Below, one piece after another: positions 12,075-25,339 of a stretch of 64,000 nt of DNA. The position numbers and the translations under genes are program-made. The notes beneath the pieces were generated by a model that was not told where the DNA came from, ran no database searches, and saw only the letters and a program-made list of their open reading frames with translations. The DNA lies in the NCBI GenBank assembly GCA_026914245.1, contig CP110440.1:2356001-2420000 (forward strand), in the 5' to 3' direction. Numbering within the stretch: the first letter of the stretch is position 1; each line of letters begins with the position of its first letter. Source of the DNA: Puccinia triticina (taxonomy: Eukaryota).

Positions 12075-12596
12075 GTATCTTACTCCCCCGATCCATTCTT
12101 ATGTACTCCTTTTCCTTATTGTTTCAAAGTCATCAATACATTGTAGCTCCAGCATTCTAGCCTCTTTCCGACCATCTCTTTATGTAAATTCTAACCTCCT
12201 TCCGACCATCTCTTTTTGTAAATAAAACTGGTTAACGTTGTTATAATCGATAGTCCATTTGAAGGAGCAATCAATAGTCCATTTGATTGGTCCAAGATGA
12301 GTTTGCGCATCACATGGGTCTCTTGGAACGGGAGGATCTCAGCAGACCCGTTTTCCCAATGAAGTCTCAATCTTGTGGTGGATCTCAGCAGACCCGTTTT
12401 CCCAATGAAGTCTCAATCTTGTGGTTAATTACATCCGGAGTCAGATAAATATGCAGAAAAACCGAATGTTAAGTCAAAGAATCGAGCACATTGATTACAA
12501 AGTAATGTTACAAAGAATTGAGCAAGTTGTTTATCAATACAAAAAAACGGGCAGCCAGTAGTCAAAAAAACGGGCAGCCGGTAGTCCGGGGATCCA

Positions 12597-13700
12597 TTAA
12601 TCGGTGTAACCAGACCCTCGGAACAGGCCTCGCATGAGTTTGTCGGTGAAAACAAGCCTTGCAAAGGCCTCGATTGCCTCCCCATCGGTTTCGCCCCCAT
12701 CAAGTTTGCCATATTGTCTGAGTGATGATTTTAACACACTAAAACCCTTTTCAATTGGGTTCAGGTCGGGGGAGTAGGCCGGAAGATAGATCAGCAGACA
12801 GCCGTGATCCTCGACTATGCGTTCGATGTTCCCGTTGTGATGGATTTGCGCATTATCCATCACAACGATGCTTTGGGGTCCTGGGTATGGATTCATATTT
12901 GGAAGCTTCAAAAAAAAAAGTGGTCAGTTAGGATGCCGCGCGCAGAATCCATCAAGCTACTCACCAACACATGCTCTAAGTATGTCTTGAAATCGATTCG
13001 CTTGACAGTTTCAGACTGTATCATCACTGCAACCAGCCCGCTCAGGGCCACCGCTGGGATTAAATTGAAGCGGTGGGTAGCCCGCGCTACCGGGAGCCGT
13101 GACGTCCTCTCACCCACTTGAGCCCAACCCCGAGTGCGGATCACTGCATCCAAACATACCCCGCTTTCATCTTTCAGAGAGGGAGGGTGTTAGCTACTAT
13201 ATACAAATAAAAATTCAGAGAGAGAAGAAATAAAACTGACCAGTGAAGACGAGGCATTCAGGCTCAAAGTTGGCCATCAAAAGGAGGTACTTGGCTTGTT
13301 GAGTCCGGTCTTGATTCGGATTTACCTTACGCATAGTTTTTTGACTCATTTGGAGGCGTCCATGAAGCTCGTTCGAGATGGTTTGGACTGAGATTTGGAG
13401 GTTGCATTCGGTGGATAGTGCCTGCTGAATTTCTTGTAGGTAGATCGTTGGGTTGTCGGTGACTAGCTCCAAGAGAAACAATCGTTCTTCTTCACTGAGA
13501 GCCAAAGGGCGCCCCCTTTTTTCGTACGTTTTGGGATTGACGACAACCGAACGAGTCTTTTCGTATAGAACACACCACCGTCGGAGGGAATCAGAACTAA
13601 CCTCAGATCCATTTGCCGCGTTGATTTCGGCGAGTGGTTTTCCATCAAGGGCTGCCCAAACAACAATGAATTTGAAGGAGGCTGAATACTTGACAAACAT
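12597..13700 (-). CDS. DD34E Tc1/IS630-family transposase (3 exons)
   Basis: Exons 13700-13241, 13170-12965 and 12905-12597. Spliced FTDESG, then VVMDNAQIHH and YSPDLNPIE with 34 residues between the second D and E. N-terminal HTH-like region. The reading frame is intact. Confidence 0.9.
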
Positions 13701-14917
13701 GGTGTCTAGAGGAGGGATCAGCTTTGTGACATTCAAGGGAAATCAAATAGGAACATACCTGTGAGAGAATCCAAGCTGCAATGTCAGTGGCGACTGCTGG
13801 GTTTGATGATGGTGGTGGTGGCTGGATTCGACAGCGGCGGTGGATGGAATGGACAACGGGGATGGATGAAATTGGTGGCGGTGGCAGGCTGGCGTCGCTC
13901 GGCAGTCGATTCGGCGGTGGTGGGTGGTGGGTTGGTGGTGGCGGCAGGCAGGGTTTGGGTCGGCGGCAGGCAGCTCTCCTGCAGGCTCCTCCCCCGGGTT
14001 CCCCCGGGCACGGTCCGCGCGCACGGATGTCTGGAGCTGCGGACAAGTCTGGCCGCTGCGGCACAAAGTCTCGGAGTTTGCGCGCCAAGTTGCAAGCTCT
14101 CCTGGGTTAGCTGTAGCATCCTCTGAGAGAAAGCTACACAAAAATCCAGAAACAAATTTTTCACACAAGCTGCAAAGTGAAGCATTCAAGTTTACTGCTG
14201 CATATAAACTCAGCTGTTTGTGGATTATTTTGGAATTTCTGTGTGTGGCAGGATTTTCATGGACCAGCTCAAATTCATAGGTTTTATGAAAAAAATCAGG
14301 CCTACAAGCTGAGCTATTTTATTCTAAAAAAATTATTTGAGGGTAAGGAATTGTATGCAAGGTGTGGGAATCGCCTTCACTGGAAAAGGCAAGAGGAACA
14401 AGGAAAAGGGCCAAAGGGTGTGAAGACAAGTTCTAGGACCAACCAAAGGGGGGCTTGGATTGCACTGGCTCAGAGACAAGATTGTCAGTTCTCAACTGAG
14501 ATGAAGAAGGAAAAGAAAGAAGGACAATAGAAAATAGGAAAGAGCTTCCCTGGCTCAGAGAGAAGAGTGTGAGACTGTGTCTCTAAAGTGATAATAGGAC
14601 ACAAAGAAAAAGGTGGGCACTTTATATGGTTTGTATTTCTGGGATAAGAAATACAAACAGAAGTAGAGAGAAAAAGAGAGAGGAAGAGAGAGATGATCTG
14701 GAGGTGGTCTATCTACTCAACTATGTGAGGATCCTCTGGTTCAACTTCAACAACCTGGAAAAGTTGGAGGACTAGTTATGCAAGAACAATGCAACAACCT
14801 CCACTCACACCAAGAAAACAATGGTGGCACACAGAATTAGTAGAAATAATATTCTGCCTCTCCACTGATCTGACTATAACAGAGAAAACAACTCCCACAG
14901 TGCACAAAGTAATTCCA

Positions 14918-17737
14918 TTAAATTATTGCATTTGATGAAATGAGGGCACAAGCATTCCTTGAACAATATTGACCAGAAATGCTAAGTTTCTCCTCTAAAA
15001 TTTTTACTCCTGTATCCCAAAAGAGTTGATCATCCCAAATTATTTTTGTAGATCTATTTTTCATTTGGTATTTGCACCAATAACCCATCAACAAGAGAGA
15101 TACTTCAACCATTTTGGAGTGTGATTTTGAATCACTAAAGTAATCAATGAGGATGAGTTGAACTTTGGTAAAGTCTGAAGAGCAAGGTGGCTCTTTGAGA
15201 ATATCCCGATTATCCAGTGTGAATTCACCAAATATTGGTAATCCACTGTTGGTTTGTTTCATGAGGAGATTGCTTTGGATGCATTCAAAGAAGGGCTGTC
15301 CTTGGGACTCTGCTTCCAGTATGATTTCCTTCAATAAATCACTGCTCTTCAAGGCAATATAGCATGCTTTCAAGTTGACCATCAATGCAAATAATTTGCC
15401 AAAAAGATGTCTGTTATCAGGGATATCTCCTGTATTCATCATTATCCAACTGAATCCTTGGACCCATTTTTTCTTTTTGTTTTTCCTGAGGTGTGCAAGC
15501 CCAATTGGAATTACTCCTGCCTCATTCTTTATGATCTTCCTGTGATTTACTTTTTCAATTAAAAGCTTTTGAAAATTATCTAAAATATCCTGTTCCTCCT
15601 GCTCAAATTTTACTCCCTGTTTGATCCAGAAGGATCTGGGTTTCAGTTTGTTTGAAAACCCATTCCTTAGCTGAATCTTGAATTTTCCCAGGTTTACCAC
15701 ACTTTTATCTTCATTGAGTTTACCATTTTTAATATCTTCTTGAATCATGATATTTTTGTGAATTGCTTTTTTTATTAAAATTTCCAGTGCCTGTGACTCA
15801 TCCTTCCCCCCAACACTACTCAACTGGGTAAAAATTTTGGGTTGGAATCTTTCATAATAAAACTTGTTTATCAATAAATAATTTTCTAGTAATTCATTTG
15901 AACTCGTCATTCTTGCTTGGTGCTTCATCTTTTGGGTTAAGCACTCCAATAAAATTGACTGGACTTGTCCAAAAAACTTATTATTGATAGCTGCTACATT
16001 GCCAATGATAGGCAGGTGATTTTCTCTGGGATTGAAAGCCTCTTGGAAAATGAAATCAACTATTTTTCCATGAGACTTGTATTCCTCTTGAAAATTCCTT
16101 TCAGTTGGTCCAAATTCTATAAAAATGATTGCATTGATGAAAATGCTCCATCTAATCAATTCCTTGAACTTTCTGAATATTTCTGTGCGGGTTTGGAATT
16201 CTCGAATGTATCCTTGGCTTTGATCTTGATCTGTTTGCCATTCCCTTGTAGGCCTGATTGTGTACAATCTATCCACAACTCTTCTGATTATCTTGACCGG
16301 ATATCCTTTCAACAAAGGCAGATTAATTGTTTCCCCAATTGGCCTTTTCTGATTTATTTCAAAGATTTTTTCTTGGAATTTCTTGGTAAATCCTGCCAAA
16401 AACCAATCACTGATATGAGTTTTGGCAAGAGTTCTGCAATTGAAAAGCTCATGATCAATGCTTTCTATTGAGACATTTGAATTAATACTAGCCTTGATGA
16501 TTCTCTCTTGGGATATAATATCTTGTTGAGATGGCCCTACATCCCCATTGTGCATATCATCATGGGCTTTTTCCTTGGCATCAAACCTATCCATTTCATC
16601 AGATTTTTTTCTTTGGATTCCGTGAAAAAAATCTTGAGAGCTTTCCACAGACATGAAAACCCCTGGGAAAAAACAGGCAAAGATTTTGGAAACATAATTA
16701 GGTGTAACCTTACATCAGACCCATATTCTATGATTCCTACTCACTTTCATTTTGATTCTGAGGGTGATCCTGGATTTCAATATGATTTTTAGGAGGTATA
16801 GAATCTGTTTCATTTGAGCCCAAGTTTTCTGCCCACATATCTAAAGTGGACAGCCATTGTGGATCAAGATCTCCAAATACCAATTTTGGTTCTGATAGGC
16901 AATGTGTGTATTTGTCATTCCTGTTGGTTTCTTCGTGGCTGGATGCCAATTTTGAAGGTAAGAAAGTGGAAGCTTCTAACCCAGGTAGAATTTCAGGGTG
17001 GATGTCATCATGAGATTCTGATGGCACAATACGAATGTGTGATATTTGTGTTGGCGGAGATGGATTGATAGCAAAGTGAGCATTGAAGGGATCACTTCCA
17101 AAGTTCTGTGTCCCTGGTTCCAATTTGACAAAGCTGTTAACAATACTTTGGAAAACCCAGAGGAATAAAAGATTTGAGCAGCTTTCCCCAGAGTGAAAAA
17201 TCTATCTTACTTTCATTTTGAGTGGTCAGGGTCATCTGAAAATGACCACTGCTACCACCAGTATAGGTGAAATAGGGTTTAGAACTTGGATGTGAAATTG
17301 TCCCATCATGATCATGTTGTGAATTCTTTTGCCTTTTTCCGGAATACAAAATAATAGCTGTTTCAAGATCCCCTGATGAACAAAAGAGGCGGAGAAGAGC
17401 AGCTGAGAACAATCTAGATACCTACACCCAAATCACTATAAACGTGGCTTGACTTACCAAAATCGCTATGCATGGGGTCGTACAATTTTGGATGATGCGC
17501 TCCAACCGCTGAGTTGTCTGGCTGGAAGGAGCCCAGTTGATTTTCCAACGGAAGCTTCCCTTTGACCATTTTTTCTTGGTTTGATAATTCGGACCAGATA
17601 TCTTCTTGATCTATGAGAAGGTTAGATGGGCACCCCCAATTTGTTGCTGAATCCGGAAATCTTAAATAAACCAAAGTAGCTCTGCAAGCCAAGTACCCGA
17701 GCGCGTATTGGGCAAGAGGGTAACAATTCAAAAACAT
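14918..17737 (-). CDS. large lineage-specific hypothetical protein (multi-exon)
   Basis: A 578-aa terminal ORF joins in phase to the upstream ORF through GT-AG intron 16744-16663. Further upstream ORFs at 17412-17137 and 17737-17414. No recognisable domain; 5' exons are uncertain. Confidence 0.55.
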
Positions 17738-18111
17738 TTGAATACAATGCCTTGAAATAGTCAGCTTTTGGGTGGTAGTTGTCAGTAATTAGCCCTACGT
17801 GCATAAGTCAAGGACGAAAATGGAAAGTCTTCCAGGTTTTCCCGTCAAACAAGACTTGAAGTCGCGGCTTTGGTCCCGTAGAGTAGTGTCAAGGACTCGG
17901 TGAGATGCTTGCATGGGAATAATGCTTGATGTGACGCTGCAAATTCTGAAGTTTGAGACGCTGCAATGTTGCCAGATTATGGAGGTTTGTTTCAGATACA
18001 TATGGTTGGGTTGACATGATTCAATTTCAGGTGTGTCTCCTTACACTTATCGCATTGCATCTCCTCCGCCCGCGCAGGGAGAGGATAGATAAGCTAGGTG
18101 CATGTACGTAT

Positions 18112-18258
18112 TGGAGGAGTGAAGGACTTCCCATGCTGGGACACCCGCAGATGTTGGTTCAGACCCAAAAAGTCTAGATTCTTACAGGCAAGTCTGGCTT
18201 TCTGGGCTCTAGATCACTTCTGGGAGGCCTGCAGATCTTGACAGGAAGTCGTCCAGTT
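18112..18258. repeat. dispersed repeat family (GGAGGACTTCC.../GATCTTGACGGGAAGTC); relatives at ~19550-19590, 25712-25865, 51552-51932 and 53764-54050
   Basis: The CTGGGCTCTAGATCACTTCTGGGAGGCC block is shared with 53995-54022. The 25712-25865 copy has CACTGG...CCAGTG termini. Confidence 0.6.
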
Positions 18259-18754
18259 GGCCGCTAAAATGTCCCGTATCTATGAGGAATTGAAAAGCAA
18301 GGAAAACTTCATGATGGAAGACTTTCCTTCATCCAAAATTGATAACCTAGAGAAAAGGGCTGAACCCTACTTGCCTGTGAAAATTGATTGAGATTGAGCT
18401 TTCCCCTGTAAATTAATTTTATCACGCCACGTAGATGACAGGAATCCCTACAATAAAGAAGACCAGTTGTCAGGGTGGTTATCTAATCTATGGTAGCCGC
18501 GCCCTGAACATAAAGCTTATCTATGGCCAAGGTTTCAGTTGTTCTCAGCTTTCACAACCCTATTAAAGGTTTGGGCCCAGTCTTAGAGGGGTAATTAACC
18601 ACTTTAGCATCATCTCCTGCAACAGACGCACGGCATTAATCTGGTTTTGGGTGTAGCTAGAAGAGAGTATATCTCTTGGCATCACCATTGCTGACACTAG
18701 ACTGCCGCCAGGGAGGGACTTGTGTTAATTAAGTAAGGCAAGGTGTAAGTTGTG

Positions 18755-19063
18755 TGCACTTTTGCAAGTTGATGTTCAAGTTCATTTAGGGTTCTCAAAG
18801 TTGAAAAAATACAAATTTGACATACTGCCATACACTCCTTTTTTGCAGGGAATCATTTGACGGTCCCTGCAAATAGGGCTGTATGTTTTCTTGACATATG
18901 CCGCATGTTGCAACTTTGAGAACCCCAATTCTTGAACCCTGAGTTGCAAAATGGCATGCAAGCCATTCATGTCACACATACTGCACCCTCCAAACCTGCT
19001 TGATTTGTTTTTTTGAAAGTGGGTGTTCAAGAGAAGCCTTGAAACCCAACTTGCAAAAGTGCA
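18755..19063. mobile_element. MITE-like inverted-repeat element
   Basis: 17-bp inverted repeat TGCACTTTTGCAAGTTG / CAACTTGCAAAAGTGCA. The true termini may extend ~20 bp further out. Confidence 0.5.
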
Positions 19064-19306
19064 TGCAATTAGTTGCACAGGGCCAACTTTGAATCCTGAT
19101 TTAAAAGATCTGCTAGAAAGAAACAGATGCCTACCTAAAAAACAACTTATAATCATTTACTGGATTATGATGGCTTGCTGTTGGCATTTAGAGAGCTCTA
19201 GATGCCCCTCTAACTCCTGAATTAAGACACCTACCAAAACAACAAACAGTGCACATGAAATCAAGTACGGGCTTAGGAAAACATTTTCACTTTTGCTGAA
19301 AATTAA

Positions 19307-19528
19307 GGCCCTGTTTGGCAGCGTGATTATTACGCAATAAATAATCTTGCCATGTCCCCCTACATTGTGTAAGACATTACTTTTCCGCCTGATCTTTTGG
19401 AAGTAAACTACCAAGCCTTATGAGGGTTTACTTTCAAAAGATTATCCTAAGAAGACATGTTTTACCATATGTAATGTAGCATGTTTCCTATTATTACGCT
19501 GTGTAATATGACGCTGCCAAACAGGGCC
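19307..19528. mobile_element. PIF/Harbinger-type MITE, family 2
   Basis: TIRs GGCCCTGTTTGGCAGCGT / ACGCTGCCAAACAGGGCC with TSD TAA. Confidence 0.85.
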
Positions 19529-19880
19529 TAAGAGTTTGCGTGTGTACACTGAGATCTGGGAGGCTCCCAGACTTGAGGGGAAGTCATCCACTATCCTCAA
19601 ATTGTACAACTGTCTTGTCAGTTGTCACATGTGGTTTATTATTTCTTATGAGTCTTACACATGACGGAAATGAATTGTTGATGCTTTGGTATGAGAGTCC
19701 AGTCTCCGCTTGTCGAGTGTGCGCACTTGCGCCGTCCATGAAGCGCGCCCGAGCTGAGGCATGGTAAACACGCTTGATTATGTATGGCAAGCAGCCCCGC
19801 TCAAAGGCATCACCACTTGACCATCATCTTCAGCCGGAACACACATCCAACTCTCGACACCAGAATACTCGCGGAAGCAG

Positions 19881-22800
19881 ATGGAACGACTCGCCGAGGC
19901 AGAGCAGGCCTTGACCTTGGCAAGGTCGTGTGATATCGATCTGCCAGTCACACTCAGGATGTTGAGTACAGCAAGAAATACTCCTAGATCAAAGAACAGT
20001 TGACTGATCGAGACCTGTATCTGGGTGTGGTAGCTCGCGAATTGAAGGCAACTACCATAGCTCGCAGGCGAATTGTTACTCGGACGTCCGCCCCAATCAG
20101 CCTCAGTTAGGTCAATTTCACCTCGGTTTGATGTGCTGCAAACGTTTGGTCAAAGCGGTTGGTATATGCACATTAACTGAAGCCACATTTTCTTGGAAAA
20201 CATCAAGGTTGCCCGACCTTTACGTGGCCGTACAGCTATGGGCTGAGAACCGACCATTGACTTTGCCTTTTTACACTCCTCACAAGAACTTCTCAGCCTC
20301 TTTCACGTTTGTCCAATCGTTTTTTCTAGTCCTCTTGGACCCCTCCAAACCTGATTGGATCCAACTAATTTGTGTTTTCTATCTAGATGGGCGACCCCGA
20401 TCACTCTACCGATAAAGTACCGAGATCTGCCACACTCCGCTCAATTAGCATTCACGATACTGGATGTCAACCTTCCAGATTGCCTTAATCGCACTTCTCA
20501 TACTTCGTCAATCGACGATTCACCCACGTCAATCGCCCAAACCACCACGGACGATTTCTTACTATCAAGTTCCACCGTCGTGGGAGGCACAACACTCGCG
20601 CTATTTGGGAAAAAGCGGACGTTAAGGAAAGGAAAGCAACGGTGTTTCGTCCATGTCCGTCAGAACGTTTTTCTTTCTCTGTCGGATTGCCCAACAAACA
20701 AATTGTTCATCTGCCCTATTTTAGCGTGACCGAATAGCAGATGGAAATGTTTCTTCGACGACACCTAGCAAGTTTGTAATACCTTCCGAGAGTGATCCTA
20801 ATTCATTGGAGGTTCCTGAGGAAAGTGACCAGCTGGGCAGACTCGAAAAAGTTAGTAGGTAAAAATACGCAGCAGTCTCATGTCTCATTTCTTTATATTC
20901 TTTGTTCCCAACAAAATCCGAAGGTTTCCTGACTGATTTGTTCTCGTTTGTTTCTTTCAGCTCGTCAAGAAACAAGAACGCGGTGATCTCCCTCGACTTG
21001 AATGGCTTGATCAACTGGCATTCCGGCAGATCGAAAAAATACATGCTGTAAGACACGATTGTTATTCAACTATCAAACTGCTGTTGAATTGATGAGCTGA
21101 ACTTGATCTCTGAAATCGTGAAGCAAGAAACGGCAAAAAGTCGGGACATGTACTTGTATGTCGACTTGCCCAGATTTGATTTTCCAATCCTATTCAATGA
21201 AATCGAGCTTCCGGCCCCAAGTCTCCCCTCAACACTGTCGACCGTAGCGCAGCCCGCCGTCGGCAACACTTCTGCGCTTTACTCTCCTCATCACCTGGCA
21301 GATATCTTCACGGTGGTCGATCCGGACATGGTACATGACAATCCAATCGAAAGTAAGCACACCAGACTCCACAGAAGTCACCGAAATGGTCCATTAGATC
21401 GTGAATTGAGGCCCGAAAAAAGCGTGCGGGATGTTCTGAACGTGAGCAGGCTGCCCCTGACTGTCATCTTTTGATCGTTTGGCCCAACTGTTTATGATAA
21501 CTTTTCCCGTTGATCTCACAGAATATCTTGAGTTACCCGCCTACCAGGGCACTGACACGTGATGAGAGGGACCTTGTATGGCGTTTCCGGTTTTACTTGT
21601 CTCATGACAAGCGAGCTCTGACGAAATTCCTCAAGTCGGTTGTGTGGTCGGATAAGGGGGAGGTTAGTCAAGCGATTGGTAACCTCTTACCGATCTGGTC
21701 CGTAATCAGTCTGGACGATGCGCTAGAGCTGCTAGGGCCATCAGAAGATTACCGGGAGCCACGAGTGAAGCAGTTCGCGGTACAACAACTCGCCCGGGCC
21801 GAGGATGATGAGCTGGTGCTCTATCTCTTACAACTAGTCCAAGCGTTGAAGTTCGACCGGTCACCTTCAGTCAGCACAGCTCATAACAAAACCAGCCCAT
21901 CGAGTACAGTCACCTCTCCGATAGCCCAATCCCAGCGTTTTTCTGCTGGTCCGTCTCAGCGCGTCAGTGTTGGTAGTAGCAGCACCGTGTTGGGAAGGGA
22001 GAATAGGTCCTCCTTTACACCGAGCGTGTTCGAAACCCCTCCTAGACGGGACTCACAAATCAAGCCGCTGAGTCTCGAAGACTTCTTGATCGACAGAAGC
22101 TGTGCAAACCCAACTGTTTTGGGCTATCAGTTCTACTGGTACCTTACCGTAGAAGCCAGCGCCGACGGAGACAAATCCACGCAAGTCATGTACGGGAGAG
22201 TCTTGCAGAAATTCTATGACAAAATGCGCGAGGTGAGTAGTCCAGCTGCACTCCGCTCTAAATGAAAATGAATAAGCGGGATTTACCATTGTTTTTGTTT
22301 TTTTTTGGACAACAAGACGGATATGGGTCGATTGATGGCCGAGACTATCCAACGACAACGATCGTTTGTAATGTTTCTTTCCAAGTTGGCCAATGAGATC
22401 CGGACATCGAAAGACGGGAGGCCGAAGAAGATTGAAAAACTAAAACACGTGTTGAAGGATCCGGCGAAGCTAGCGCAACTGTTTTCAGCCGAGAGCACGA
22501 GTCAGATAACAGGCTTGCCCTTGCCATTAGATTCAAGCAAAATGATCGTGGGGGTAGACACGGAGTCTTCGACGGTGTTCAAGTCAAATCTGTTCCCATT
22601 GAGGTTGGCGCTCCGATGTTCAGACGGGACGGAGTATCCGGTGATCTTTAAAGACGGCGATGATCTCAGACAAGACCAACTAGTCATCCAGCTCATCAGC
22701 TTGATGGACCGTCTCCTCAGGAAAGAGAACCTTGATCTTCGCCTGACCCCCTATAAAGTCTTAGCCACCGGTCAGACCGTTGGCCTTGTCCAGTTCATCA

Positions 22801-23711
22801 CCTCTAAAACCCTCGGCGAGGTCGCCACCGTCTATCCTGGTGGCATCTTGGAATACCTCAGGACTGCAAATCCCGATCCAAGTGGTAGTCTTGGTCATTA
22901 TGGAGTTTTACCCAGTGTTTTAGAAAACTTTGTTAGGAGTTGTGGTGAGTCTCCTTTATCGATGTCAGGCTTCAATTTTTATGAGTATCTCTAATCAATA
23001 CTGTGATGCCATTTTGAACTTTCTTTTGGGATTGATGCCGAAGCGGGATACTGTGTGGTAACGTATATTTTAGGAGTGGGGGACCGACATCTAGACAATC
23101 TGATGATTTCGCCTAGCGGGAATTTTTTCCATGTGGATTTTGGGTACATCCTCGGCCGGGACCCGAAGCCATTTCCGCCGTCGATCAAAGTGTGCAAGGA
23201 GATGGTAGACGGAATGGGCGGCGACAAGTCTTCACACTATGGACGCTTCAAACGGCTCTGCTACACCGCCTTTATCTGTCTCCGCAAGAGCTCCGGCTTG
23301 ATCATCAATCTCGTCGGCCTCATGATCGAGGCCAACATCCCCGATATTAAGCTTGAGCCTGATAAAGCAGTCATGAAGGTCCGCCTATTGCCTTCTCCTT
23401 GCTTTCCCCTCTCCCCGAACACTTATTTTCCTACCCTCCGCTCTCGTTTATCTACACCCCCATGTTTAGGTTCAAGAAAAATTTAGATTGGACTTGTCTG
23501 AAGAAGAAGCAATCAAACATTTCGAAGACGAGCTCAATGATACTTCTTATTTCACCGTCGTCTTCGACAAGTTGAGTTCTTTTTTTTCTCTTCCTCTATT
23601 TTTTGTCGAGTCATGACATTTCCTCACATGTTTTTCTCTCCGTTTGTTGGCTCAAACTTGAATTTCCCTGGGCATAGAATCCATGCCGTAGCTCAATACT
23701 GGAGAGCTTGA
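19881..23711 (+). CDS. VPS34: class III phosphatidylinositol 3-kinase (multi-exon)
   Basis: C2 domain ([10 protein letters not shown]...LPIKYRDLP), helical domain ([10 protein letters not shown]...[13 protein letters not shown]), kinase motifs [23 protein letters not shown] and [10 protein letters not shown], and C-terminus [10 protein letters not shown] ending at 23711. Confidence 0.95.
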
Positions 23712-23869
23712 CAACCCCCGAATATCAAATAGATTTGTGTACTTTTTGTTATTTTGTTGTCTGTTTTTCACTTTTATGTGTTGTAAAAAACAACGGACCA
23801 AGCCGGAGTAAACATATGATCTCTTGGAGAGGCAGTTGTCCTCATTGCAGACCCTGGTGTTTGGCGTAA

Positions 23870-24066
23870 GGCCGTGTTTGGCAGCGTGATTATGACGCAA
23901 TAAATAATTACTGCACATTATGTAAAACATTATTTCTTGGCCTGATCATTTGGAAGTAAACTGTCAAGCTTTATGACAACTGACTTACAAACGATTATCC
24001 TAAAAAATGTGGTTTGGGTACTGTGTTTTCAACATTACGCTTTGTATGTAACTGCCAAACACAGCC
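23870..24066. mobile_element. PIF/Harbinger-type MITE, family 2 (second copy)
   Basis: GGCCGTGTTTGGCAG...CTGCCAAACACAGCC with TSD TAA. Internally homologous to 19307-19528 and in the same orientation. Confidence 0.8.
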
Positions 24067-25005
24067 TAAATGATGGTGTATTATCAAAATGTAGTGTAAA
24101 TTGTGTGCATGTATGATAAAAAGGGCATGTTTCATCTTTGCATATTATTTACCTAGCTAGCCAGCTCAGTGACTTTTTACGGTACGCAAGGTAATGTCTT
24201 GATACCACTAATCCATCTCTGATGACTCATTCACTTATGCTTGAAAAAACAAAATATGAATTGGTTACATAGTGAGGTTCTCCAGATTTATGACTCTCAT
24301 CTGTAAATTGATCTTGGGGACCAAGTGGGCATGATGAATGGACAGCCAAGCTTGAATTCCAATTAGCAGGGACCCGCAGTGACCTCTTAACAAAATGCTT
24401 TTTTTTTGACCAGATCTATTAAAATTCTGAGCTAAGAGATAGCCAAGGTGCCAGAGAATCTATCCATGCTTGGGAATGCATATGTGGCTTGCAAAGCAAG
24501 CAAGCTACAGACTCCAGAAGCTGAACCACATACTTGTGAGATGCTATATGCACCCCCCCCCCCCCCCCAAGCAGTCCTAAGTGCCTCCCTGTGGCTGGAA
24601 GCACTTGGTTCATCACTCAGCCCCACATATGGGGGAATTTTTTTAGGGACTTGCAAGCTATGTCACCATTTGGGTGGGAGAGCACCCACCAAAAATTGAT
24701 GGAAATTCACTTTTTCAATTTTCCAGCCTGAAGCTTCAATGCTTTCCCTCCAATTCATATCAGGAGTTAAGGGGATAAAGATGTTTCTGATTTTTCAAGC
24801 TCATCACCTTATCATCAAAGTTCAAACCATCAAGGTTTTTTGTTGATGGATTTTTGAAAAGGCAGTAAGCCTCAAGACTGTGTTCTTGGGTGGTGCCTGG
24901 CCCCACAGATCCAAGCAGGGAAGGCTTTATTTTCTATTTTTTCTCCTTTGCTTCATTTTTTGACTGACTCTCTTCAAAATCAGAGTCAATAGAAAGACAG
25001 ACAAT

Positions 25006-25138
25006 AGCACTGTTCACGTAAGTTAAACATCAGCAAGATTGAAATAAAGTTTATCCCATTGTGCCAGCCAATTTGGCTGGGAAAGTATGCTGATGTATAT
25101 CTCTCACATGGTCATAGATTTCTTACGTGAACAGTGCT
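25006..25138. mobile_element. small MITE
   Basis: Perfect TIR AGCACTGTTCACGTAAG / CTTACGTGAACAGTGCT, flanked by AAT on both sides (a TA TSD reading is also possible). Confidence 0.7.
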
Positions 25139-25259
25139 AATATGCATGTGCATCTATCCATGGTTGGCAACTTGGAGCCTCATGTAGCTTGAAAAACAGG
25201 CAAGCTACACGCTCTCAAAGTTGAATCAGTTTTTTGCCTGATGCTCTCAGGTGAGCACC

Positions 25260-25339
25260 CCAACATAACTAAGTCTCTCTTTGTGGTTGGTGGCATGCTC
25301 CCCACTCAGCCCCACAGAGGAGGGACTTTGTTAAGTTAG
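25260..25339. mobile_element. degenerate AcademH-type terminal hairpin
   Basis: AACTAAGTCTCTC...GAGGGACTTTGTTAAGTTAG. No matching TSD was found. Confidence 0.45.

Larger units (their letters stand above)
9916..14113. mobile_element. Tc1/IS630-like DNA transposon with 206-bp TIRs and an extra internal gene
   Basis: TIRs 9916-10121 and 13908-14113 begin CAGCTAACCC and appear identical. TA TSD at 9914-9915 and 14114-14115. Confidence 0.93.

Noticed and set aside
12334..12425. 46-bp tandem duplication between the convergent Tc1 genes
   Set aside because: A simple local duplication in 3' UTR space with no evidence of function.
18700..18733. GAGGGACTTGTGTTAATTAAG as another AcademH end
   Set aside because: Only half a hairpin remains, with no partner end or TSD. 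Too decayed to call.
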